Sequence record: SRR2962707_526
Direction: 5' to 3' (one strand)
DNA length: 64,000 bases
A model generated the notes under the pieces. That model was not told where the DNA came from. It saw only the letters and a list, made by a program, of their open reading frames with translations, and ran no database searches. Positions within the stretch are counted from its first letter, which is position 1, and each line of letters begins with the position of its first letter. A program made the position numbers and the translations under genes. This document shows positions 20,944-30,121 of the stretch, one piece after another.

Positions 20944-21378
20944 TTGTTGAATTATCTTATTGTTTTTACAGTGTCATTCTTATCCGCGACTGTGTTGCCG
21001 CTAGGCTCCGAAGGGCTGTTGCTCTATTACGCCAGTGACGCTAGCTTAGCGGTGGTTTGGTTATGGTTTTGGGCCAGTACGGGAAATACATTAGGGGCAC
21101 TGATAAATTGGTATTTGGGGCGTTACCTTGTTCGTTATGAGGGCAGCAAGTGGTTTCCGGTGAGCGTTAAAAATCGCGTAAGAGCAGAGCGTTTTTTTAA
21201 TCGATATGGAAGCTGGACCCTGTTATTTACGTGGTTACCCATCATTGGTGATGCTATTTCCTTGATTGCAGGTGTATTTCATACGCCAATAAGGTATTTT
21301 TTACCTTTCGTTTTTGTTGGTAAGGCGTCAAGATACGCATTACTGTTATGGGGACAAAGCTGGTTACTTAACGGTTAG
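20944..21378 (+). CDS. YqaA/DedA-family membrane protein
   Basis: SFLSATVLPLGSE, GNTLG, YGSWTLLFTWLPIIGD, GKASRY; TTG start. Confidence 0.88.
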   Translation: MLNYLIVFTVSFLSATVLPLGSEGLLLYYASDASLAVVWLWFWASTGNTLGALINWYLGRYLVRYEGSKWFPVSVKNRVRAERFFNRYGSWTLLFTWLPIIGDAISLIAGVFHTPIRYFLPFVFVGKASRYALLLWGQSWLLNG

Positions 21379-21418
21379 CTGAGCTCTATTTTATTGCTGT
21401 ACACGGAGGATTGGATAA

Positions 21419-22102
21419 ATGGGTATAATAAAAAAACTCTTGTTGGTGTCTGTGGCTTTGTCGCTCAGTGCTTGTTCTGTGTTTGAAGGTAAAAATACCT
21501 TTATGACTTATCAAGACCTTCAAGACAAAGTGAAGACACACGATACTGAGTTGCAAGACATGCAAACGAAGCTTGATCGTGTTGATCAATTAGAAGCGGA
21601 AATTGCCGAACTTAAGAAATCTAACGCAGGCAATACTGGTCAGTCTATTGTTTCGCCAGCGGCATCAAATGATATGGATACTGCGGATGGCGCGCCAATG
21701 GCGGTTGCCAACGTTGCACCTGCTGTAACGGCCGCACCTGCGGTGAACACGGCGCCAGCTCCGGTTCAGCCAAACTACAACAACACGCAACAAAATGTCG
21801 TGACACCGGTTGCGGTTCAATCTGCCTCTCATTCCCAAGATAAAAGCTACGGTGTTCAGTTGGCCGCTTATGGCAGTCGTGGTGAAGCCGCACGTGGTTG
21901 GCAGGTATTGAGCAACGGATCTCCTGATACTTATGTTAATTTAGTGCCTCATGTGAATGAGAAATCCATCAATGGACGCACCATGTATCAGCTAAAAGTA
22001 GGGCCATTCTTGGACCGTGCTTATAGTGTCGATTTTTGTAATATGCTGAAGCAAAAAGGCCAAGATTGTTTGGTTAGTAAATACGATGGGCAGCCTTTGT
22101 AA
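21419..22102 (+). CDS. SPOR-domain lipoprotein
   Basis: Lipobox LSAC, coiled coil, Ala/Pro-rich linker, C-terminal YGVQLAAY..YQLKVGPF..C..LK..G.DC. Confidence 0.85.
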   Translation: MGIIKKLLLVSVALSLSACSVFEGKNTFMTYQDLQDKVKTHDTELQDMQTKLDRVDQLEAEIAELKKSNAGNTGQSIVSPAASNDMDTADGAPMAVANVAPAVTAAPAVNTAPAPVQPNYNNTQQNVVTPVAVQSASHSQDKSYGVQLAAYGSRGEAARGWQVLSNGSPDTYVNLVPHVNEKSINGRTMYQLKVGPFLDRAYSVDFCNMLKQKGQDCLVSKYDGQPL

Positions 22103-22147
22103 TGACTTAGTACAGTATCGATAACCTGTTGAAATAATCGTTGTCGT

Positions 22148-22215
22148 ATAAAAAAACGCGCTGTTTAGAAATAAATCCAACTTTCTTGGATGGTTTCTAA
22201 AGCGCGTTTTTTTAT
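22148..22215. terminator. Long bidirectional terminator hairpin
   Basis: ATAAAAAAACGCGCT ... AGCGCGTTTTTTTAT with inner TTTAGAAA/TTTCTAAA and ATCCAA/TTGGAT stems; between convergent genes. Confidence 0.75.
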
Positions 22216-22306
22216 GTCTATCAATTAGGCTTATGTGTTGGATACAGATGGATAGCAGCAAAACGATCTCCAGAAGCGGGCGCTTCTGGAGTGACGTGAA
22301 ACGCGA

Positions 22307-23914
22307 TTATTTTTCCGCTTGATTGATGCTCAACGCCATCGCTTCGGCGATTTTAATGCCATCAATGGCGGCAGACATAATGCCACCGGCGTACCCTGCG
22401 CCTTCTCCGGCTGGATACAGACCTTTGGTACTGATGCTTTGGAAACTGTCATCTCGCTTGATGTTGATCGGTGCAGAAGTACGGGTTTCTACCCCGGTTA
22501 ATAAAGCATCTTCAAAGGCAAAGCCGTTGATTTTTTTATTGAAGGCAGGAATCGCTTCGCGAATGGCTTCGATGCAAAAATCAGGCAACGCGTCGGCTAG
22601 GTTGGTAAGCTTGATGCCAGGTTTAAACGAAGGCTCGACAGTGCCCAGTTCCTCTGGTGTTTGGTTTTTCAAAAACGCTCCGACGGTTTGAGCGGGGGCA
22701 TCGTAGTTGCTGCCGCCCATGACAAACGCATGGCTTTCTAATTTGCGTTGGAACTCTATGCCAGCCAGTGGCCCACCTGGGTAATCAGATGGGTCAATAC
22801 CCACAACCACAGCGCTGTTGGCGTTACGTTCATTACGCGAGTACTGACTCATACCATTGGTAACAACGCGGTTCTCTTCTGACGTGGCCGCAACGACAGT
22901 GCCGCCTGGACACATACAAAAACTGTAAACAGAACGGCCATTTTTACAGTGATGAACCAACTTGTAATCCGCCGCACCCAGAATTTCGTTGCCCGCATTA
23001 GGGCCAAAACGGGCTTTATCGATGGCACTTTGTTCATGCTCGATTCGAAACCCAACAGAGAAAGGTTTGGCTTCAATGTAAACACCTTTTTCATGAAGCA
23101 TTTCAAAGGTGTCACGAGCACTGTGACCAATTGCCAGCGCAATGTGTTTGGCATTGAGGCGTTCGCCATCGGCGAGTGTGACACCAGTGATTTGGTTGTC
23201 TTCGATATGAATGTCATCGACTCGAGCGCTGAAGCGAATTTCGCCGCCTAACTCAATAATTTGAGCGCGCATTTTCTCAACCATGGCGACCAGTTTAAAG
23301 GTACCAATATGCGGTTTACTGACATAAAGGATCTCGTCTGGGGCGCCAGCGGCGACAAATTCATTGAGTACTTTTCGGCTGTATTGTTTTGGGTCTTTGA
23401 CTTGGCTGTATAGCTTGCCGTCTGAAAAGGTGCCTGCGCCACCTTCTCCAAACTGTACATTGGATTCGGTATTAAGTACTTTTTTACGCCAGAAACCGAA
23501 GGTGTCTTTGGTGCGCTCGCGAACTTCTTTACCGCGCTCTAAGATAATAGGTTTATAACCCATTTGAGCGAGCACTAAGCCTGCTAGTAATCCACAAGGG
23601 CCAAAGCCAATCACGATAGGACGTTCAGTGAGGGTGGCAGGCGCTTGAGCAACTGGATGGTAATTAAGGTCTGGTGTCTCTTTGATTTGTTGATGGTCTG
23701 CAAATTGAGTCAGCAAGGCTTGGTCAATCCGAGTTTCCACATCTAGGGTATAGATCAAAAGAATAGAAGCTTTCTTTCTGGCGTCATAGCCGCGGCGAAA
23801 AATAGAGAAGCGAACAAGTTGATCTGCTGTGATGCCCAATGTGGACAAGATGGCTTGTTCTATAGCGGTGTCATTATGATCCAAAGGTAGCTGGATATTC
23901 GAAAGTCTAATCAT
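22307..23914 (-). CDS. FAD-dependent oxidoreductase (COG2509-like), function unknown
   Basis: IGFGPCG Rossmann motif, ERG, QFGEGGAGTFSDGKL, SFCMCPGG, GEGAGYAGGIMSAA; ATG at 23914 (MIRLSN) preferred over the ORF start 23947. Confidence 0.85.
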   Translation of the reverse strand: MIRLSNIQLPLDHNDTAIEQAILSTLGITADQLVRFSIFRRGYDARKKASILLIYTLDVETRIDQALLTQFADHQQIKETPDLNYHPVAQAPATLTERPIVIGFGPCGLLAGLVLAQMGYKPIILERGKEVRERTKDTFGFWRKKVLNTESNVQFGEGGAGTFSDGKLYSQVKDPKQYSRKVLNEFVAAGAPDEILYVSKPHIGTFKLVAMVEKMRAQIIELGGEIRFSARVDDIHIEDNQITGVTLADGERLNAKHIALAIGHSARDTFEMLHEKGVYIEAKPFSVGFRIEHEQSAIDKARFGPNAGNEILGAADYKLVHHCKNGRSVYSFCMCPGGTVVAATSEENRVVTNGMSQYSRNERNANSAVVVGIDPSDYPGGPLAGIEFQRKLESHAFVMGGSNYDAPAQTVGAFLKNQTPEELGTVEPSFKPGIKLTNLADALPDFCIEAIREAIPAFNKKINGFAFEDALLTGVETRTSAPINIKRDDSFQSISTKGLYPAGEGAGYAGGIMSAAIDGIKIAEAMALSINQAEK

Positions 23915-24247
23915 AGAAAAAAATAGGTCTTGAATGAGTGAGGCCATGGTGAGCCGGAGTGCGAATAATAAGCCATTTTAAGAGAAAAATCTGGTCTGAA
24001 TAACGCAATAGAATGTCATTATAACGTCGATCAACAAAACACACCTCTTTGTCTTTCATTGATGGCTGTGTCGCCGCTTAAGCATTGACTGAAAGAGGCA
24101 CCAAACAGGCGCATAAAGAGGGTTTTCCTCGCGAGCGTAACTGTTCTTTCGGAGAGGTGAGTAATAGAATAGTGGCTAAGATATAAAATTAATTAGTTGA
24201 TTTAAATGCATATTTTCAAGTCGGCAAATGCCTTGATTGGGTGGTAA

Positions 24248-24604
24248 ATGAAAAAGTCGGATAAGAAACTAGACAAGGCACTAAGAGAAGCGCTCACCAA
24301 GGTTTGTGATCATCTACTCGGTGAGGTAGAGGGCTTTGTGTGGCTGACGCATGTGGTGGATTTTAATCGCTACCCACAGTCGCTTAAGATTGTTTGTGTG
24401 TTTGAGAAAGAAGCCGACGTGGCTGAGTTATTATCGACACAGGGTGACGTGCTCTTTTATCAGTGTATTGAAGATGAATTAAAAGGGGCGAATCTCGTCA
24501 TTAAAAACAGCCGTCAGTCTGTGAGTTTTGACTCGGAAGAGGCTTGTGAAAGAAGCCATAAAGGGCGCTGGAACCTACGTTTGAAAGGGCTTGAACTTCA
24601 TTAA
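24248..24604 (+). CDS. Conserved hypothetical protein (family often labelled 'Fis family regulator')
   Basis: KKSDKK.D..LREALT.VC, GF.WLTH.V, YPQSL..VCVF, FDSEEAC..H.G.W; no HTH evident. Confidence 0.7.
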   Translation: MKKSDKKLDKALREALTKVCDHLLGEVEGFVWLTHVVDFNRYPQSLKIVCVFEKEADVAELLSTQGDVLFYQCIEDELKGANLVIKNSRQSVSFDSEEACERSHKGRWNLRLKGLELH

Positions 24605-24837
24605 TTCCTTGCTGTATTTCACCACAAGGGGCCTCTGTTGATGTTAACCATCAGGCACTTAATCGTGCTTCGTCTGCGGATGCGACACATGTTTGGGCAA
24701 GGCCAATAGCAGGAGATGTTTTTTTTGACCTTCTGGTTAAAATCTTGTAATGATAACGGCTAATGACGCGTTAGAAAGGCTCTGTTGGTTTACTGTATAA
24801 ATCTTTTTTTAGGCTATTCACTTAAGGGAGTGAGAAG

Positions 24838-25665
24838 ATGTTTTCTGCTAAATTACGTACATTGGTGGTGTCGACGGCTTTGTTGGCGGGGAGTGTGTCC
24901 TTACCGGCTTGGGCCGATGAGACGCCTTATACTACCCAGAATTTAAATGAGCAGTTGGTCATGGCCAACTTATGGATGCAGGCCTCTGCTGAATTTAAGG
25001 CCTTGTCTTATCAGGCTTTTAATTTAGCGCAAATGCGTTTTGATCATTTCGCGAGTACCCACAAAGGCGATAAAAAAATCGCCATTGTGGTGGATGCCGA
25101 CGAAACCATTATAGATAACAGCCCGTATGAAGCTTGGTTGGTGGGCAGAAATGAAGGTTATTCAGGCAAAACATGGGGCGAATGGATGAACGCCGCTGAA
25201 GCCAAGGCGCTACCTGGTGCGGTTGAGTTTTTGAACTATGCGGCGAACAAGGGCGCGGAGGTTTTCTATATTACCAACCGTAAAATGGTGGGTTTGGAAG
25301 GCACGCGTAAAAACCTCGCGGAATTGGGTTTTCCGGATGTGGACGATGCCCATTTGATGCTTAGAACCACCACCAGTGATAAAGAAGCACGTCGTCTTAA
25401 AGTGGCAGAGAAATACGACATTGCTTTGTTTATGGGCGATAATCTTAATGATTTTTCTAGCGCCTTTAAAACCAAAAGCTTAACGGAAAGTTACGCGGCA
25501 GTAGAAAAAAATAAAGCTTTGTTTGGTACGAAATTTATTATGCTTCCTAACCCGACCTATGGTGACTGGGAAGGAAAGGTTTACGATGGCAACTGGGGGG
25601 CATCGGCCGCCGAGAAAGACAAAATGCGCAAAGCACATCTTGATCCTTGGCAGCCAAAGCAATAA
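24838..25665 (+). CDS. 5'-nucleotidase / class C acid phosphatase (e(P4) family HAD)
   Basis: VVDADET, YITNR, KEARR, GDNLNDF, LPNPTYGDWE; signal peptide ending AWA. Confidence 0.9.
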   Translation: MFSAKLRTLVVSTALLAGSVSLPAWADETPYTTQNLNEQLVMANLWMQASAEFKALSYQAFNLAQMRFDHFASTHKGDKKIAIVVDADETIIDNSPYEAWLVGRNEGYSGKTWGEWMNAAEAKALPGAVEFLNYAANKGAEVFYITNRKMVGLEGTRKNLAELGFPDVDDAHLMLRTTTSDKEARRLKVAEKYDIALFMGDNLNDFSSAFKTKSLTESYAAVEKNKALFGTKFIMLPNPTYGDWEGKVYDGNWGASAAEKDKMRKAHLDPWQPKQ

Positions 25666-25709
25666 ACCACTAGGCGTTTTGTAATCAGAAGCCAAAAGAG
25701 AAGAACACC

Positions 25710-25738
25710 AAAAAGCGGATCATTTGATCGGCTTTTTT
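25710..25738 (+). terminator. Intrinsic terminator
   Basis: AAAAAGCGGATCA-tt-TGATCGGCTTTTTT (one mismatch). Confidence 0.65.
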
Positions 25739-25900
25739 ATTGCCTAAAGCATGACAAATGCCCCCTCTTGTGGGCGAATTTTATGGTCAAGATAGGGGGC
25801 GTCAATTGAGGCTTCCGATTGCCAGAAAAATGTAAAGCCTGCTTTCATCGGCTGCGTTTTACGATAGGCTTAATGGATTCCATTCTATGTTGGTGAGAGT

Positions 25901-26971
25901 TTGTTGAAAAAGCGAAGTATTAACATCGGTTGTGGCTGGCTACTTTTGGTGGCGGCCTCGGTGAGCGCGCAAAGTCATGCTGGTTTGACGCCTCAAAACC
26001 GTCAGACTGAGTTTAACCATGTCATAGAAAGTAATGCGGCAGCGGCCATACCGACGGCACAAAAAATTGCGCGCCTCAGTCAGGTGCTGCTTGGTGCGCC
26101 CTATGTGGATGGCAATTTAGGGGAAGGTGCGCAAGGGCGTTACGATCAAGACCCGTTAAGTCGTTTTGATGTGTTTGATTGCACAACCTATGTAGAAGCG
26201 GTATTGGCTGGCGCACTGTCTCAATCTGTGGATGAGTTTTTGCCCAATCTAGAAAAAATCCGCTATAAAAATGGGCAAGTCTCGTTTGTTACTCGTAATC
26301 ATTTCCCAAGCGCCGATTGGCTGCCTAATAACCGTTGGATGTTAACCGATCTGACACAGGAAATTGGCGGCGCGACGACTAAGTTTGCGCACACGGTTAT
26401 TGATAAGAAAGCCTGGTATCAGCGCATGTCGATGAGCCGAATCCAAGGGCTTGAATTGTCCCCCGAGGCGAAACAAAAGCGTCTTTCGGCGTTACGAAAA
26501 GAGGGTGAAAAGTTTGCGCCTGAAGCAGTAACGACCCCTTATGTTCCTCTGACGGCGGTGTTTCAGAAAAAACAATTGTCGAGTGATGAGTTAGCCCAGC
26601 AAGCGCATCAACGGGAGCAATTACAAGCAAACACAGCGCTTAGCGCGAAAGCCAAAAAATCCGTCTTGCGTGAGTTGATGATCCAGCAACATTTGGCTAA
26701 TTCAACGATCAATTACGATTTATTAAATCGTATCCCCACTGGCAGTGTCATTAGCATGGTGCGACCTGACTATTCGGTAAAACAGTGGATCGGCACCAAT
26801 ATGAACATCACTCATCAGGCCATCGCCATCCAAAAAAATGGCCGCTTGTACATTCGAAACGCCAGCTTAATAAAGAAAGAAGTGGTTGATCAGGATTTTG
26901 TCGATTACTTCTCTCGCTACTTAGAAAGCTCTTCCCTAAAAGGCTTTAACGTCCAGTTCCCGACGTTTTAG
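25901..26971 (+). CDS. DUF1460 (NlpC/P60-like) N-acetylmuramoyl-L-alanine amidase-like protein, exported
   Basis: LGAPY, FDCTTYVE (catalytic Cys), IRY, RNHF..DW, ITHQAI (His), RNAS; signal peptide. Confidence 0.82.
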   Translation: MLKKRSINIGCGWLLLVAASVSAQSHAGLTPQNRQTEFNHVIESNAAAAIPTAQKIARLSQVLLGAPYVDGNLGEGAQGRYDQDPLSRFDVFDCTTYVEAVLAGALSQSVDEFLPNLEKIRYKNGQVSFVTRNHFPSADWLPNNRWMLTDLTQEIGGATTKFAHTVIDKKAWYQRMSMSRIQGLELSPEAKQKRLSALRKEGEKFAPEAVTTPYVPLTAVFQKKQLSSDELAQQAHQREQLQANTALSAKAKKSVLRELMIQQHLANSTINYDLLNRIPTGSVISMVRPDYSVKQWIGTNMNITHQAIAIQKNGRLYIRNASLIKKEVVDQDFVDYFSRYLESSSLKGFNVQFPTF

Positions 26972-27243
26972 TCGCTTCTTTATGTGTTCTTTTTTGCCTT
27001 CTTTGAGCCTGTTAACGGCGCTCTAAATCTTCTTCTTTTTGGTGCCAACGAAAGTTGATGTTGGTACTAAGCAATCAATAGGCATGGTCGTACTCTGATT
27101 GCCGATAGAGGGAAGTGAAGCGTCACTGTTTCCTTGCTTCTTTTCTGAAAGCCTGCTGCTTTTATTTCGGCGATGCTGCCATATCTAGGATTGACGCCTT
27201 GCTAAGACGTCGATTATGACTTGTTTGTGAAAGGTGAAATTGC

Positions 27244-28425
27244 ATGAATACAGATAGCCATCCAGCGCTTCTTGGTTCGCTTAACTCGACGGCGCCTCAC
27301 AGCGAAGTGATTAACTTTAGTCCAGGTCCTACGTCTTTGCCAAAGGCTGTGGAAGAGAGGATTGCCGGTTTATTTAATCAACCTGGATTGACCTCGCTGG
27401 CCTTGTCGCACCGTGCTCCTGAGTTTTTAGAGATACTGGATCACGCGGTGACGAAAGCCAGAGAAGTGATGGAAATACCGGATGATTATGAAGTGCTTTT
27501 TACTCATGGTGGTGGCCATGGGCAGTTTGCAGCCCTGCCATTAAACCTTTGTTATCAGCCAACCGATGTGGCGACTTATGTGGTGAACGGTACTTGGTCT
27601 GCACGGGGCGCTGAAGAGGCCAAGCGCTATTGCCATGTTCAGTCCATTGATGGGCGAGACCCTAAAACGGGTGCCTATATTGGCTTTCCTGAATTGACTG
27701 AGGAAAACATCGACCCTAACAGTAAATATGTTTACCTGTGCTCCAATGAAACGGTTAACGGTATTGAGTTGCATCGTTTGCCGACCCTGCCAGCTTCACG
27801 CAAACACATTCCTTTGGTGGTGGACGCCAGCTCAGATTTTTCTACCAAGCCAATTGATTGGCATGGTTGCGGTGTGGGCGTGTTGTTTGCCTGTGCTTCC
27901 AAGAACATAGGTCATCCAGGGTTAACCATGACGGTGATTCGTAAAGACTTGCTAGGAGAGGGTAAAGCCTCGCCACTTTGTCCTGGCGTGTTTAATTACA
28001 CCACCAACAGCGAGGCTGGAAACTTATGGAATACCCCAGCGACCTTTAACATTGAAGTGGTCGGCTTTGTTATGGATTGGATCGAAGCCCAAGGTGGTGT
28101 GTATGAAATAGAATTACGCTCTATCGCCAAAGCGGCAGCGATTTATGATGTGATTGACAGTTCAAACGGCTTCTATGGCACACCGATAGAAAACAAAGCG
28201 TTACGCAGTCGAATGAATGTGCCTTTTAATATTAAAGGCGGTGATGAAGAGGCAACCAATGCTTTTCTGATCGCCAGTTGGGAAAAGGGCATGGTTGGAT
28301 TACGCACCTTAACGCCGTTTGGGGTGGGCGACTACCTAAGAGCCAGCTTATACAACGGCGTGACCGTTGAAGAGGCCCAAAAACTGGCTGACTTTATGCG
28401 TAAATTTGCTCGTAATTACGGTTAA
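27244..28425 (+). CDS. Phosphoserine aminotransferase-like (SerC-fold) class V aminotransferase, divergent
   Basis: NFSPGP, SHR, GGGHGQF, GTWS, CSNETVNG, VDASS, ASKNIG (PLP Lys), NTP, RSRMNVPF, RASLYN; canonical GHR motif absent. Confidence 0.8.
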   Translation: MNTDSHPALLGSLNSTAPHSEVINFSPGPTSLPKAVEERIAGLFNQPGLTSLALSHRAPEFLEILDHAVTKAREVMEIPDDYEVLFTHGGGHGQFAALPLNLCYQPTDVATYVVNGTWSARGAEEAKRYCHVQSIDGRDPKTGAYIGFPELTEENIDPNSKYVYLCSNETVNGIELHRLPTLPASRKHIPLVVDASSDFSTKPIDWHGCGVGVLFACASKNIGHPGLTMTVIRKDLLGEGKASPLCPGVFNYTTNSEAGNLWNTPATFNIEVVGFVMDWIEAQGGVYEIELRSIAKAAAIYDVIDSSNGFYGTPIENKALRSRMNVPFNIKGGDEEATNAFLIASWEKGMVGLRTLTPFGVGDYLRASLYNGVTVEEAQKLADFMRKFARNYG

Positions 28426-28742
28426 GTACAAAGTATGTTTTTCAGGTTAATCGTCTGATGGAGGCGCTTCTTTCTTCACTCTTGCTTTCTATACCAATAG
28501 AAAGAAGTGGGGGAAGAGGCGCCTTGATGCTTTATGCCTTCGGGGGAAGCGTTGAATAGCAGCCGATACAATCGAGTGTGTCAGCCTGTATTAGACTTCC
28601 TTTTTTTACGCACCGTTTCTATGCCATGCAATGCACTGGGTGGTTTTATTTGGTGCGAATGATCATCTGCTGCTTTCTGTTTAGTAAGGTTTTCGCCTGA
28701 ATTTTGATAAAAAAAACATTTAAAACATTACATTAAATTTTT

Positions 28743-28758
28743 TGGCACAGTGTGTGCT
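28743..28758 (+). promoter_or_regulatory. sigma54 (-24/-12) promoter of the guanidine operon
   Basis: TGGCACAGTGTGTGCT with exact GG-N10-GC spacing; AT-rich tract upstream; NtrC-like half sites (GCACC at 28610, TTTGGTGC near 28650) about 90-135 nt upstream. Confidence 0.7.
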
Positions 28759-28814
28759 TTTACATTGGTTATGTTCGTACCCTTGGAAAGTCGAGCATCA
28801 CAATTTGATTAAAT

Positions 28815-28916
28815 AGAGAGCTAGGGTTCCGGTTTCGGTTTTATCGAAATGACTGGTCCGAGAGCTTTCGACCTTGAATGTTTCAAGGTTACACGGAGGG
28901 ATAAAAGCCCGGGAGA
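28815..28916 (+). ncRNA. Guanidine-I riboswitch (ykkC-yxkD motif)
   Basis: CTAGGGTTCCG...CTGGTCCGAGAG, P2 ACCTTGAA/TTCAAGGT, 3' ACACGGAGGGATAAAAGCCCGGGAG; lies upstream of guanidine carboxylase pathway genes. Confidence 0.93.
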
Positions 28917-28979
28917 CCACATGGCGATATTGCCAAGGGTACTCCATGTGTAACTAAACAAACTGAAAAGGTGAATTCA

Positions 28980-30032
28980 ATGAAACACTCTGCGAAAAAA
29001 GTAACCATTCTGCTTTGCTCCCTCCTATTATCCGCTAATGCATTAGCACAAGATCACTTTAAGGTGTGTTGGTCTATTTATGCTGGTTGGATGCCTTGGG
29101 CGTACGCTCAACAATCTGACATCATCAAAAAATGGGGTGATAAATACGGTATTGATATCGACGTTGTGCAAATGAATGACTATGTCGAATCTATGAACCA
29201 ATACACAGCAGGTCAATTTGATGGCTGTACCATGGCGCAAATGGATGCGCTTACCATTCCTGCCGCTAGTGGTGTTGACAGCACGGTCTTGATCGTCGGC
29301 GATTATTCAGATGGCAACGACGCCGTTATCCTAAAGAACAAAACGGACCTAAAAGACATCAAGGGACAGAATGTTAACCTAGTGCAATTTAGTGTGTCTC
29401 ATTACTTGTTAGCACGGGCTTTAGACTCGGTTGATATGAGTGAAAAAGACGTCAGCGTGATCAATACCTCAGATGCCGATATGGCCTCTATTGCCAGCAC
29501 CAAAGATGTGACCTCTGTGGTGACTTGGAATCCGATTGTCAGTGAAATACTGAACATGCCTAATACTCACAACGTCTTTGATTCTTCTAAAATCCCAGGT
29601 GAGATTTTAGACACCATGATAGTCAATACCGAGACCTTAAAAGAGAACCCTGATTTTGGTAAAGCCCTAGTGGGTGCTTGGTATGAGATTATGGGATTAA
29701 TGCAAGGTGACAGCGCGAACGCCAAAAGCATTCGTACTGATATGGCGAATGCGGCCGAAACCGATCTTGCCGGCTACGATGCTCAATTAGCCAAAACGCA
29801 CATGTTTTATACCCCTCAAAGTGCCCTCGAGTTAACCAAAAGTAAAGAATTGTTTGCCACTATGAAGCATGTGGCCGAGTTCTCATTTGAACACGGTCTA
29901 CTTGGCGATGGCGCCCCAGATGCAGGGGTTGTGGGTATTCAAATGCCATCGGGTGTTTACGGAGACGAGAACAATATCAAACTTCGTTTTGATCCTACCT
30001 ATATGCAAATGGCGGCAGACGGCACTCTGTAA
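28980..30032 (+). CDS. Guanidine ('urea') ABC transporter substrate-binding protein
   Basis: Signal peptide, WSIYAGWMPW, NDYVESMNQY, SVSHYLL, NIKLRFD; ATG 28980 follows AAAGGTGA (ORF track GTG 28971). Confidence 0.88.
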   Translation: MKHSAKKVTILLCSLLLSANALAQDHFKVCWSIYAGWMPWAYAQQSDIIKKWGDKYGIDIDVVQMNDYVESMNQYTAGQFDGCTMAQMDALTIPAASGVDSTVLIVGDYSDGNDAVILKNKTDLKDIKGQNVNLVQFSVSHYLLARALDSVDMSEKDVSVINTSDADMASIASTKDVTSVVTWNPIVSEILNMPNTHNVFDSSKIPGEILDTMIVNTETLKENPDFGKALVGAWYEIMGLMQGDSANAKSIRTDMANAAETDLAGYDAQLAKTHMFYTPQSALELTKSKELFATMKHVAEFSFEHGLLGDGAPDAGVVGIQMPSGVYGDENNIKLRFDPTYMQMAADGTL

Positions 30033-30121
30033 CGCATCTAAAAACCAACGACATATATGCGGTTAATGGGCTTACAAGGAAGTAAGCCCACAGCGGTGAA
30101 ACGTCGTCCTGGGATCAAATT

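Noticed and set aside
24248-24604. Fis-family transcriptional regulator label
   Set aside because: No Fis-type helix-turn-helix is visible; kept as conserved hypothetical.
26972-27243. Possible riboswitch upstream of the SerC-like gene
   Set aside because: Local hairpins only (e.g. TGGTGCCAAC/GTTGGTACTA); no conserved core of a known riboswitch recognised.
30033-30121. Possible third guanidine riboswitch between the binding protein and permease genes
   Set aside because: Single TGGGCTTAC/GTAAGCCCA hairpin without twin ACGR loops or the class III pseudoknot. It is more like an intercistronic stabilising stem, as at 60688-60716 in the TRAP operon.
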